Shown one piece after another: positions 17,846-27,334 of a stretch of 47,768 nt of DNA. Location of the stretch: positions 1 to 47,768 of the forward strand of contig CANRLA010000001.1 of NCBI GenBank assembly GCA_947631315.1, read 5' to 3'. The notes beneath the pieces were generated by a model. That model was not told the DNA's origin. It ran no database searches and saw only the letters and a list, made by a program, of their open reading frames with translations. A program made the position numbers and the translations under genes. Within the stretch, counting starts at the first letter, position 1; each line of letters opens with the position of its first letter. The stretch comes from an uncultured Clostridia bacterium (lineage in GTDB: Bacteria; Bacillota; Clostridia; TANB77; CAG-508).

Positions 17846-20800
17846 CTATATAATATTGTACATTTTATTAATTATATGTTTCTTTACTTCGTATACTGCT
17901 AAAGCAATTAATGATAATATTCCTAAAGTAATTCCTGTAAATGATGCTACTTCTCTACCTGTTGCCATTCCTATTACCAAGTCTGCTGCAGATTTATCAT
18001 CCGTTTTCTTACCATTTCTATCTAATTGTACATCTCTATCTTCTAAACCATATTCATTATATGAAATTAAAACATCTGCTGTATTTCTGACTGTTCCTGT
18101 ATTTTCTCCTGACATTTTTCTACTTAGTATCAAAGTAATTTCTTTAGTTTCACCTGGATTAATTATTGTATTTGCTAAATTAGTATTATATGCATTTCCG
18201 TCTTTTCCTAAATACCAAGTATTATTTAGTTCTGAATTAAACGTCATTCCCTCCGGTATATAGTCAACTATTGATTTAGCATATCCTGGCACACTTCCAT
18301 TATTTGTTACTTTTAATGAATATTCAACTAATACTGTTGCAAAATCTACATTTGCTGTACCTAGTTCCACTTTGGCTACAGATTTATTATCATAGTCATA
18401 AATCTTTGTGTCTTCTTTTGTATTAGTTACTGTTACTCTCTTTATAGATTTTGTTATATCTAAGTCGAATATTTTTCCATTTGTTAATCCTAAATCTATG
18501 TTATAAATATTTGAATCTTCTACTTTTAGTGTATCTGTTGCTGCTACTGTTTTATCTCCAAGCTTGGCTGATACAAAGTCTGAATCTTCTGAATCTAATA
18601 ATCCAGCTACTCTATAGCTTGCTAGTCCATAAGATGCGCTATCATACTCAACTACAACAGTATATTCTCCTGGAACTACATTCACAAATGTATATTTTCC
18701 TAATTCATCTGTTGTTTTTTGAAGTTCTTTTTCATTTATATCTAATGCTATTTTTCCTGTTTTCTTATCAAATAATTTTACTGTTAGGCTAGATACTTTT
18801 TGTTCATTTTCGTCTTTTCTTCCATCTACATTTTCATCTATCCAAACTTGACCATTTATTTTATATGTACCTTGTTCTATTTTCTCATCTTCAACATTTT
18901 CATTTCCAGTTCCTTCTTCTCCAGCTTTTGGCTCTGTACTTAATCCTGAAGATTGATTAGATGTTCCTACTATTGTATGATTTAATGTATTAGTAGTAAA
19001 ACTTGTATCATCTAATGAGATAGTAGCATTATTTTCTATCTTAGAAATTCTTCCTTTTTCTAGTAAATATGGTTTAGTTTTTATTGTTAATCTTGATGAA
19101 GAATTTGGATTTAATTCTAGAGAGGTTAAAATATTTCTTGAATTTATGTCATATTCTTTATTTCCATTTTTATCTTCAACTATATAACCTACTACTCTTA
19201 AGCTATTTGGTATTGTATCTGATATACTAACTGTTTCAACATTGCTACTATTATTTTTTATATTAATATAATATTCTAGTTCATCTGTATCACTTATATT
19301 GTTTTGTTCTATATTACTTGAAAGATTTGCTGATATTATATTTCTTATTAAATTAAAGTTTAAAGTTTCTAATGAATATTCTTCAGATTCATCACATTTA
19401 ATTTTTGCACTAACTCCTACTTTTTTGTCTTCATTAACATTTTCTACTTTAAGTCTTATAAATACTCCATTTGTTGAACCGCCATTTAGTGTAGGATTTT
19501 TAAATGTTAATGTTCTAGTTCTCTCATCAAATGTATAATCATCATTATTTACAGATTCGATAGATAATTCTTTTGGTATTACAATTGTTGTTATTATATT
19601 ATTTTTCTTTTCAAAATTAGCATTTTTTACTTCTAAATAGTAGTCTATAAAATCTCCTGCTTTAATACTTCCATTTGTTTTATTAGAACCTACAGTTCCG
19701 ACTATATCACCTTTTACTACATTAATACTAAATTCATCAGTAATGCTCTTTTCAATTTTATCAGATGTTACTGTAGAAACTATTTTTTGCTCTGTAACTT
19801 CTTCCGGTTCACCTGTTACATTTTTAGTAACTACTAATTTATATTCAATAGTTTCTTCTTTTCCGACTTCTAATGTATCTATTGTTTTTTCTAATTGTTT
19901 TGTTTCATAGTTGTAAACATTTATAAGCATATCTGTCATATCTGTTGTTTGTTCTACTAATGAGATTCCTTCAGGTAAATTTGTATTTACTTTTATATTT
20001 TTAGCTGTTTCTTTTCCTGTATTTGTAACAACAACTTTATATGTAAAGATCGTTCCTTCTTTTACGTCTGAATTCTTTTCAATATTTTTCTTGGTATTTA
20101 TATCATTTAGAGCTGTTTTTACTGAAATAACTGGTATTCCACTAGTTGCTATTGCAACTGGTTTTGCTAAAACTATGTTTTGTTTATTTCCTTCTTCTGC
20201 ATCGTTATTGTAGTAAACAGCATAAGTAGATTTTGATGTTTGTCCATCTCCTAAATCAGCAGGAATTTTTGCCATATAATTAAAATCTATAACTTCACCA
20301 TTAGGTACTTCACCTGAAAATACTAATTTATAAGATTTTGTATTTGGTGTATATGTATTTGTCCAGCTATCACCATCTACTTTTTCATTTAATTCTTCAC
20401 TATAATAAGTTTCTACATCTTCTCTTTCTACACCTAAAGCACCTGTCATTGTTGTATCAAATGTAGATCCTAAGTCTTTTTCATTTTCATCTTTGTTTCC
20501 ACTTGTAGGAATTGTTCCTAAAATTGTTAATCCTTCAGCATTATATCCTAAATTGTTTACTACTGTTCCAGATAATTTTATTTCTTTTTCTCCCTGCCTT
20601 GCCTCTACTTTCGCAACTCCTTCATTACTCTCTTGTGAAGTAATCTTTGCACCATCTATTTCTAATGAATTTGTTGTAACAAATCCTGTTGGTGCCACAA
20701 TTCCAATATTATCACTAACATTTTTTTGTTCTCCAGTTGCTCCATTTGTATAAGCTAAAGTAACTTCTCTTTCATTTGTAGGAGCTAAATTGTCAAGAGT

Positions 20801-22612
20801 TAAGTCTGTTACCAATCTTAATACGGTTCCTTCTGATGTAGCTTGGGTACCATATTTTGTTTGTGTTCCGTCTAAATCAAGTGAAATAACATTTCCTTGA
20901 ACATTTAAGTTATTTAGTTTTAATTCATCATCATAAATTAAACTAGCTTCTTTTACATCAATATTTTTTATTTCTTGTGGTAAAGTAATATTAATTTTTG
21001 CATCAGAGTATAAAGCATCCTCTATATGTTTTGTTTTTAATGTTGCTGTAATAACTACATTTTCATTTTTTACTACCGTTGATAAGTTTTTAACATTTAC
21101 ATCTAAACTAGCATTTGATGTTGGTTCTACAAATTTTGAAACACTTGTAATTTCTTTAGAAGAATTCAAGTTATTATCTTTATATCCTTCAATAGTTGCT
21201 ATTTCCTTTAGTTCAGTTAAACTTGAAACTTGTCCTATAGTATATGTATTGGCTGTAATAACTTTAGAAACTTCAACTTCTAAAATTCCTTCTTTAACTA
21301 TCTTACTTGTTTCTAAAACTACTTTTGGTGTATTTACTTCTAATTCTAATTTATCCTTTGAAAGAACTCCCAATTCTGTTTTATCTTGTGATAAAACTTT
21401 AATTGTTCCTTCTTCACCTAATATCTCTACTAAATTATCTTTGTTTATTTTTACTTTTTTTGTTAATATAGAATTATTTGCATCTATACCGTTAAATAAA
21501 CTATTTTTTTCCACAATCTTTATACTATCTGTTAATTCTTTGTATCCTACATTCGCTCTATATGTTATGTTGTATGGAGTTTCTAATGCATTATCAGAAC
21601 TTTTTAAGTTTGTGTACATATATCCCTTATTTATTTCTTCTGTCATAGAAGTTTCTGATTCTACATATGTACCTACTTGTTCTTTTAATTCATAAATATT
21701 ATTTTCTACTTTTCCTTCAATGCTATTTCCTTTAACTAAAGATTTAGCTATTATATTTGATTCTATAGTTTCTTCCTCTACTTGATTATCATAAATATAT
21801 GTTACAATATATTCATCTTGAGAATCCCATAGCACTTTGCCATCTGAATCTTGTTTATTTTCTTTCTTTATAGTTAAAATATCATTTTCATAGCTATAAG
21901 AAATATCTTTTCCAGTTACAATTACATTTTCAGGTTTCTCACCACTTAAGCTTGGTACATTAACTACAATTTCCTTACTTGTTACAGGCATTTTGTTATT
22001 TTCAATACCTTCTTCTATTTTAAAGCTTAGCATTGTTTTGTTATCATCATATTTTATATACCTGATTAAGTTTTGATTAACTACTTCTTTTAATTCTGCT
22101 GTCCATTCTATATGTTCTTTTAGAGTCTTTTCTATTTTTCTTTCTTTTCCTAATTTATTAATGTAAGTAGCATTTAGAGTAACTGTACTATCTTTTCCAA
22201 GAATATCTGCTTTAACTTTATCTTCCTTTTTTAATTTAATAGGTAATGATACATTTAAAACTTCTCCTGCATTTACTTCATCAAGTTCAATAACATTATC
22301 ATTTATTGATTTTACATTTACATCTTCATTATCAATAATTTGATAGTTATTGTCTTTTATTGTTACTTTTGCATCTTTCAAGTATCCTGTTCCAGATACT
22401 TTAACATTTAATACTAAATTTCCACCTTCATCCACATTTAATGTAGTATTATATTCATTATTAATCGTTGCATTAAATTCTACATTTTCTTCTGTTGTCT
22501 TTGCATCTTGAGAAATACTTCCTTCAGCATATACTAAAGCTGGAATGAAGCTTGTAGCAACTAGCATTATTGTTGCAAGAGACGCCGTTATCTTATTAAG
22601 TAATCTTTGCAT
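17846..22612 (-). CDS. Giant surface protein A1 (1588 aa). Layout: signal peptide, DUF11-type (TIGR01451-like) repeats, SdrD-B/Cna-B-like domain, C-terminal TM anchor.
   Basis: Signal peptide MQRLLNKITASLATIMLVATSFIPALVYAEG; DUF11-like VKEGTIFTYKVVVTNTGKETAKNIKVNTNLPEGISLVE; SdrD-like INGQVWIDENVDGRKDENEQKVSSLTVKLFDKKTGK...GKYTFVNVVPGEYTVVVEYD; C-terminal ITLGILSLIALAVYEVKKH. Confidence 0.8.
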   Translation of the reverse strand: MQRLLNKITASLATIMLVATSFIPALVYAEGSISQDAKTTEENVEFNATINNEYNTTLNVDEGGNLVLNVKVSGTGYLKDAKVTIKDNNYQIIDNEDVNVKSINDNVIELDEVNAGEVLNVSLPIKLKKEDKVKADILGKDSTVTLNATYINKLGKERKIEKTLKEHIEWTAELKEVVNQNLIRYIKYDDNKTMLSFKIEEGIENNKMPVTSKEIVVNVPSLSGEKPENVIVTGKDISYSYENDILTIKKENKQDSDGKVLWDSQDEYIVTYIYDNQVEEETIESNIIAKSLVKGNSIEGKVENNIYELKEQVGTYVESETSMTEEINKGYMYTNLKSSDNALETPYNITYRANVGYKELTDSIKIVEKNSLFNGIDANNSILTKKVKINKDNLVEILGEEGTIKVLSQDKTELGVLSKDKLELEVNTPKVVLETSKIVKEGILEVEVSKVITANTYTIGQVSSLTELKEIATIEGYKDNNLNSSKEITSVSKFVEPTSNASLDVNVKNLSTVVKNENVVITATLKTKHIEDALYSDAKINITLPQEIKNIDVKEASLIYDDELKLNNLNVQGNVISLDLDGTQTKYGTQATSEGTVLRLVTDLTLDNLAPTNEREVTLAYTNGATGEQKNVSDNIGIVAPTGFVTTNSLEIDGAKITSQESNEGVAKVEARQGEKEIKLSGTVVNNLGYNAEGLTILGTIPTSGNKDENEKDLGSTFDTTMTGALGVEREDVETYYSEELNEKVDGDSWTNTYTPNTKSYKLVFSGEVPNGEVIDFNYMAKIPADLGDGQTSKSTYAVYYNNDAEEGNKQNIVLAKPVAIATSGIPVISVKTALNDINTKKNIEKNSDVKEGTIFTYKVVVTNTGKETAKNIKVNTNLPEGISLVEQTTDMTDMLINVYNYETKQLEKTIDTLEVGKEETIEYKLVVTKNVTGEPEEVTEQKIVSTVTSDKIEKSITDEFSINVVKGDIVGTVGSNKTNGSIKAGDFIDYYLEVKNANFEKKNNIITTIVIPKELSIESVNNDDYTFDERTRTLTFKNPTLNGGSTNGVFIRLKVENVNEDKKVGVSAKIKCDESEEYSLETLNFNLIRNIISANLSSNIEQNNISDTDELEYYINIKNNSSNVETVSISDTIPNSLRVVGYIVEDKNGNKEYDINSRNILTSLELNPNSSSRLTIKTKPYLLEKGRISKIENNATISLDDTSFTTNTLNHTIVGTSNQSSGLSTEPKAGEEGTGNENVEDEKIEQGTYKINGQVWIDENVDGRKDENEQKVSSLTVKLFDKKTGKIALDINEKELQKTTDELGKYTFVNVVPGEYTVVVEYDSASYGLASYRVAGLLDSEDSDFVSAKLGDKTVAATDTLKVEDSNIYNIDLGLTNGKIFDLDITKSIKRVTVTNTKEDTKIYDYDNKSVAKVELGTANVDFATVLVEYSLKVTNNGSVPGYAKSIVDYIPEGMTFNSELNNTWYLGKDGNAYNTNLANTIINPGETKEITLILSRKMSGENTGTVRNTADVLISYNEYGLEDRDVQLDRNGKKTDDKSAADLVIGMATGREVASFTGITLGILSLIALAVYEVKKHIINKMYNII

Positions 22613-22860
22613 TTTTATCCTCCTTTAAATTAACATAACCATACATTTTTATTATACTATGAATTTACTTTAAATTCAAGCTTTTTTCGATATTTTTTAT
22701 GTAAATAAATATTTTTTTGCCTTTTTATCATACTATATACTAATCTAGTTCAAAATGATTTTCAAGATACCTTTTCTTAAGTTCTCTTTATGTTGCTACG
22801 GAAGGACTTAAAGATGTTTTTATATTAAATTTATATTACAAAATTTAACTTTTGTAATAT

Positions 22861-22906
22861 ACAAAAATAAATACACCTTAAACGTTAAATTTTAACATTT
22901 AAGGTG
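22861..22906 (-). terminator. Rho-independent terminator downstream of adhesin B2. It separates the A2-B2 and A1-B1 transcription units.
   Basis: Stem CACCTTAAA...TTTAAGGTG (22874-22906), followed on the - strand by TATTTATTTTTGT. Confidence 0.6.
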
Positions 22907-22956
22907 CATTTTCAAGTACATTTTTTATTAAATTAAGTAGGTATTTATTTTTTGTT

Positions 22957-25900
22957 TTATTCTTTATCTTTTAAAACCTTTTTCTTAATAGCTATTACTG
23001 CTCCCGCTATAATTGCTGATGCACTTATAAATAATACTATAGCTCTATTAAAGTTTCTATTCTCACCTGTAGGTACTGATACCGTTACTTTTTGTCCACT
23101 ATCTTCATCAGGTTCATTTGGTTCTAACCAATATGTTGATTCGTCTTGTGTCTTATTCTCTGATTGATAAGGTACATAATGGTTTCCTGATTTTGATAAA
23201 TGCATTCTTCTTCCAAATGTATTTTTTGATTCTATTAGCTCTACCATATTAGTAAATATTAAGTTCTTATTAGATGTTGTATTAGCTAATAGAGTTGATA
23301 ACACTAGTCTAACTTCTTTTCTTGAGTTTGAATAATTTGTCTTATCAGTATCTATTGCTCTAGGTATTAGATAAGCAGATAATTTATTTGAAGTTACTAG
23401 GACATTGAATGTTTTAAGATTTTGTTCATATGTGCTATTAACATAGTCGTCATCCTCGGTAGTTTTATTTCCTAATAATACATCTGATGTAACAATCTTC
23501 CATTCATTTCCATCTTCTTGATAGCTTTCTTCGTAGTTAATCTCATTTGATACATAATCTAACACATTCATTGCACTTGTTTTTACAACATTTGACCAAC
23601 TAGTTGAACTTGTTTTTCCTAGATAATAGAAATTTTTATCTAAATAATCTACTTCACCTATATTGTTTACACTAATCTTATATGTCAATCTTATTGTAGC
23701 TCCACTCATAAGTTCTTCATCCAATGTTGCTTGTACTAATTCTTCTTTTCTATCTTCGACCGTCTTCATTAAAGCTTCCCTTAATCTATATCCATTACTT
23801 CCAACTTTAGTATAATATTCATTCTCAGAATAATTTTTATGTTTTTGATATACTAAGTTTGTAACAGACTGATTAGCATCAAACAATGTTTGTCCATTTG
23901 CTAATTTTATTTGAATATTTTCAAGTTCTTTTGCTATATTAAGTTGTGCTCTAGGTCTTTCTGTTAATCCTAAATCTATATTTTGTATATGGTAAGATAA
24001 GTTTTGAACATATGCTTTTGTATTATTATCATAAACTTGTGTATTTCTTCTATTATATTCAATTTCTGAATTTATAATTCCAGTTTGAGATACCATTGAT
24101 GTATTATTAATTAATTCATCTATTGCTTGTTTTTGATAATTTTTAGCACTGTCAGTTTTACCATTTTGTATATCTATAGAAGCTTTTGTTACTAAATCTG
24201 TACTTGATGCTAATACTTCTGCTCTATGATTTTTAAGAGTTGCCTCATTTCCACTTAGTACTGATAAATTACTTCCTGATGAATAACTTTGTTCTTTTTC
24301 TCTATATGTGTAAACATCTTTTGCATCAGAAATATTACTACTTATATTACTTGATACAATATCATAATTATACATTTTTTGTTTATCTTCATCTACTATT
24401 GTTTCATTTGTATAAGGATTATTATCTTGATACCTTATGCCATAGTTTTGATTTGTTGTATCTCTATATCCATTTATTCCATTATAACTTGTATTTTGAT
24501 TTACTCCACTTTGATATACGGTTGATTTATAATCTTGACCTGTATATGCATTTTCATTTAATCCTTTTTGTCCTATTAGATTATTTACTTGATTATTTTG
24601 ATTTGTTAGTACTGTTTGAGTCGTGTCTCCATATATAAATCTTATATAGAAGTCTCCCGGTGGAACTGAGTCAAATCTATACTGTCCATCTCCTTCCGGT
24701 AATCCAACTGAATCAACTTTAAATGCTCCTTGACCTGATAATATTACTTTTGATTTATTTGTTCCACTATAATACCTTGATGCATCCTCTGTTTTATTCC
24801 AACTGCCATTGTATGTAACGCTAGACCATACTTTTTCGTTTAGATATCTTCCTGTACTAAATCCTTCTGTGTTAACTTCTTGTACCAGTTCTACTAATTG
24901 CACTGTTACACCGTTTATCTTTTTATCCCTATTTCCTTCAAAGTCAACATCTCCTGTATTATATTTACCATTTCCTATTACAGCTCCATTTGTTGCTTCG
25001 GTCCTTGCATCTTCAAATACATAACCTGATAAACTTCTCATATCTCCAGTGTTAGTATCAATTTTTAATTTTATATTTGAAGATTTATCTGTATCGTCTT
25101 GTAATCTATTTTGTGCTTCATTAGTTGAAGAAATGATATCTCCATTTGCATTTAAATCTATAGACCTTAAGCTACCTGGATTAGAATCCAAATCTATTAA
25201 ACCTTCCCTAGTTGAATATCCATTTATTTCTGCAATGTTTCTCTTTCCTATTGTATCACGAATAGTTCCTCCATTTAGAAGATTTTCTTGGTCTAATTTT
25301 ACTTTTCCTGAGCTGTCATTTTTTACTTTAAATGTAATGTAGGCATAAGTTAATTCTCCTGGCTCTAGATATCCATTAAATCCTGTTAAATATAATGAAG
25401 AATATCCTCTTTGTCCACTAATGGTATATCCTATATTTGCATATTTTGAACTTGCGCTAACAGTAAGATTACTGCTCTTATTACCATTTTTGTCTCCTAT
25501 AAATGTATTATCTCTTGTAATTGTAGAGCCTGAAATATAATCATATTGCTCGCCATCATAGTAATCTACAATTTCATCTATTGATGTCGGTATGCTTTGT
25601 GATTGATTTTTAACTGCAATTTTATAAGTAACAAACACTTGAAGGTTCTTGCTATCTGTTGTTCCTGCATCAGATCCATCATACAAGTACTCTGATTTAC
25701 GAATCTCTCGACTATATGAAAATGTTCCATTATAATCTGCATTAGATGCTCTTTTACTTGAATCTGAACCTCCACTAAAATTATACATTCCTGTGCTTAA
25801 GTTAATAGTCCAGTTTCCTTCTGCATCTGTTTCTGATTTCTTTTTATTATACAAATATTCTTGTTTCTTTCCGTTTACTAAAAGTGTTGTCTTATATAAA

Positions 25901-26388
25901 TCTTTAGAAAGCCATAAATCAGCATTTTCTCTTAACTTTAGACCAAAATCTACACGTCTACTTTGATCAGATGAGCTTGTGTATAAGTATGGATATCCCA
26001 TATAGGTTCCACTTCTCCACAAATTATCTACATCTTCTAGCACAAATTGGTTTTGTTTTGGATAAGATTCTGTTCTTGCATTTATAAATGTGTCATTTAT
26101 AAATGTCCATACACTATTTATCTCAGTTTCGGCTACCCTCAGCTTCCTTAATTCATATTTAAATGCTTCTTCATATACACTATATCCATAGTACAGAACA
26201 CCGAAATCTTTATTAAGATATGTAGAATTCATAGTTGCTTTGGTTGATTGCTTAAAGTCTCTCGAGTTTGTTGTCATTTTCTTAAATATCTCTAAAGCAT
26301 CATAATATCGCAATGCTCCAGCATTTGGTCCTGTACCCGAGTAACTTATGTAGTTACCCGAGCTATCTTCCAGTTTAGAATATAGTCC
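22957..26388 (-). CDS. Adhesin B2, C-terminal segment (paralogue of the B1 C-terminal two-thirds). Reached from the middle segment only by a +1 shift at CGG 26389-26387.
   Basis: Long stretches near-identical to B1 (REIRKSEYLYDGS..GTTD.KNLQVFVTY, GKRNIAEINGYST, IRF.YGD.TQTVLT...LIGQKGLN). C-terminal TM IVLFISASAIIAGAVIAIKKK. Confidence 0.8.
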   Translation of the reverse strand, partial: GLYSKLEDSSGNYISYSGTGPNAGALRYYDALEIFKKMTTNSRDFKQSTKATMNSTYLNKDFGVLYYGYSVYEEAFKYELRKLRVAETEINSVWTFINDTFINARTESYPKQNQFVLEDVDNLWRSGTYMGYPYLYTSSSDQSRRVDFGLKLRENADLWLSKDLYKTTLLVNGKKQEYLYNKKKSETDAEGNWTINLSTGMYNFSGGSDSSKRASNADYNGTFSYSREIRKSEYLYDGSDAGTTDSKNLQVFVTYKIAVKNQSQSIPTSIDEIVDYYDGEQYDYISGSTITRDNTFIGDKNGNKSSNLTVSASSKYANIGYTISGQRGYSSLYLTGFNGYLEPGELTYAYITFKVKNDSSGKVKLDQENLLNGGTIRDTIGKRNIAEINGYSTREGLIDLDSNPGSLRSIDLNANGDIISSTNEAQNRLQDDTDKSSNIKLKIDTNTGDMRSLSGYVFEDARTEATNGAVIGNGKYNTGDVDFEGNRDKKINGVTVQLVELVQEVNTEGFSTGRYLNEKVWSSVTYNGSWNKTEDASRYYSGTNKSKVILSGQGAFKVDSVGLPEGDGQYRFDSVPPGDFYIRFIYGDTTQTVLTNQNNQVNNLIGQKGLNENAYTGQDYKSTVYQSGVNQNTSYNGINGYRDTTNQNYGIRYQDNNPYTNETIVDEDKQKMYNYDIVSSNISSNISDAKDVYTYREKEQSYSSGSNLSVLSGNEATLKNHRAEVLASSTDLVTKASIDIQNGKTDSAKNYQKQAIDELINNTSMVSQTGIINSEIEYNRRNTQVYDNNTKAYVQNLSYHIQNIDLGLTERPRAQLNIAKELENIQIKLANGQTLFDANQSVTNLVYQKHKNYSENEYYTKVGSNGYRLREALMKTVEDRKEELVQATLDEELMSGATIRLTYKISVNNIGEVDYLDKNFYYLGKTSSTSWSNVVKTSAMNVLDYVSNEINYEESYQEDGNEWKIVTSDVLLGNKTTEDDDYVNSTYEQNLKTFNVLVTSNKLSAYLIPRAIDTDKTNYSNSRKEVRLVLSTLLANTTSNKNLIFTNMVELIESKNTFGRRMHLSKSGNHYVPYQSENKTQDESTYWLEPNEPDEDSGQKVTVSVPTGENRNFNRAIVLFISASAIIAGAVIAIKKKVLKDKE

Positions 26389-27334
26389 GGTAAGCCTTTT
26401 TGTTTCCTTGATAATTATTCGGTGATGAATTTATATGTGCAAATTTACTATTGAAATTATCTCTCGTAGTTTCTCTAGCTGTTGAATATCCTCCACTTAA
26501 ATTATCCCTATAAACAGTACTTTCATATCTCATTCCGTCATAGGTAAATACTACATAGTATTTATGCATAGGATTTAATCTTCTAAATCCATATTGTCCA
26601 TCTTTATCTGTTGTGGTAGCAAATAATCTTTGTCTTGTATTTGCATCAAACAGCTCTACCTGTATTCCTGCCATATTTAGAGAACCATTTTGCTTTTTAC
26701 CATTATAGTCTCCTAACTTAATTGACGGCATATCTTCCCATACATTTCCTCCAAGATACATATCTATCTCTTTTCCTGGTAATGTTACTATTTCACCATC
26801 TCCTCTAAAGCCTACTGATGGCGTCGCTGGCGTTGGTGGATTTGTTGGCGTCTGTGGTATTTGAGGCGTTGTTGGTGGATACCTTGGTGGTGTCGGTGTT
26901 GGTGGATATGTTGGTGTTGCTGGGGTTGATGGATTGTTTGGTGTATTCATTTGCGATGGTGGTGTTAACGATGGTGTCGCTGGTCTTGATACAACATCCA
27001 ATTTTACTGCTGGTTGGATTTTTTCAATATTTGCTGTTACAGTAATGTCAGTAATTTTTGTGGCTATAACAAGTCCCATCTTTTGTAATTTTAGGCTTAA
27101 ATCATTGACAGCTGCCTCTATAGCCTTAGTTCTATCTGTATAGTTAAAAGCATAACCTTTTTGTCCACTTAGCCCAGGGATATTAAGAAAACTATTAGGA
27201 GTTGACGTAACATTGTAATATGTATAAGTTTTTGTTGTAGTAACCGATTCTATGTTATTCCATCCATGTTCTTTTACAAACTTATTATAGTCATCCCAGC
27301 TATAATTCTTGCATGTCCATGTAGTCTTTGTGCC
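26375..27334 (-). CDS. Adhesin B2, middle segment (Pro/Thr-rich linker plus the first SdrD-B-like domain). The frame is open from the CGG site at 27335 down to the stop at 26375.
   Basis: I translated 27334-27080 by hand and found no stop (GTKTTWTCKNYSWDDYNKFVKEHGWNN...LQKMGLVIA). It continues into the 234-aa ORF with PATPSLTPPSQ...PPTPATP and GGNVWEDMP...IQVELFDANTRQRLFATTTDKDGQYGF. Confidence 0.75.
   Translation of the reverse strand, partial: GTKTTWTCKNYSWDDYNKFVKEHGWNNIESVTTTKTYTYYNVTSTPNSFLNIPGLSGQKGYAFNYTDRTKAIEAAVNDLSLKLQKMGLVIATKITDITVTANIEKIQPAVKLDVVSRPATPSLTPPSQMNTPNNPSTPATPTYPPTPTPPRYPPTTPQIPQTPTNPPTPATPSVGFRGDGEIVTLPGKEIDMYLGGNVWEDMPSIKLGDYNGKKQNGSLNMAGIQVELFDANTRQRLFATTTDKDGQYGFRRLNPMHKYYVVFTYDGMRYESTVYRDNLSGGYSTARETTRDNFNSKFAHINSSPNNYQGNKKAYRTIF

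Noticed and set aside
17826-18263. A 145-aa + strand ORF spanning the A1/B1 junction, and similar + strand ORFs within A1, B2 and A2 (for example 21249-21695, 24240-24638, 29723-29968)
   Set aside because: They are shadow ORFs on the opposite strand of the giant surface-protein genes, with no independent support.
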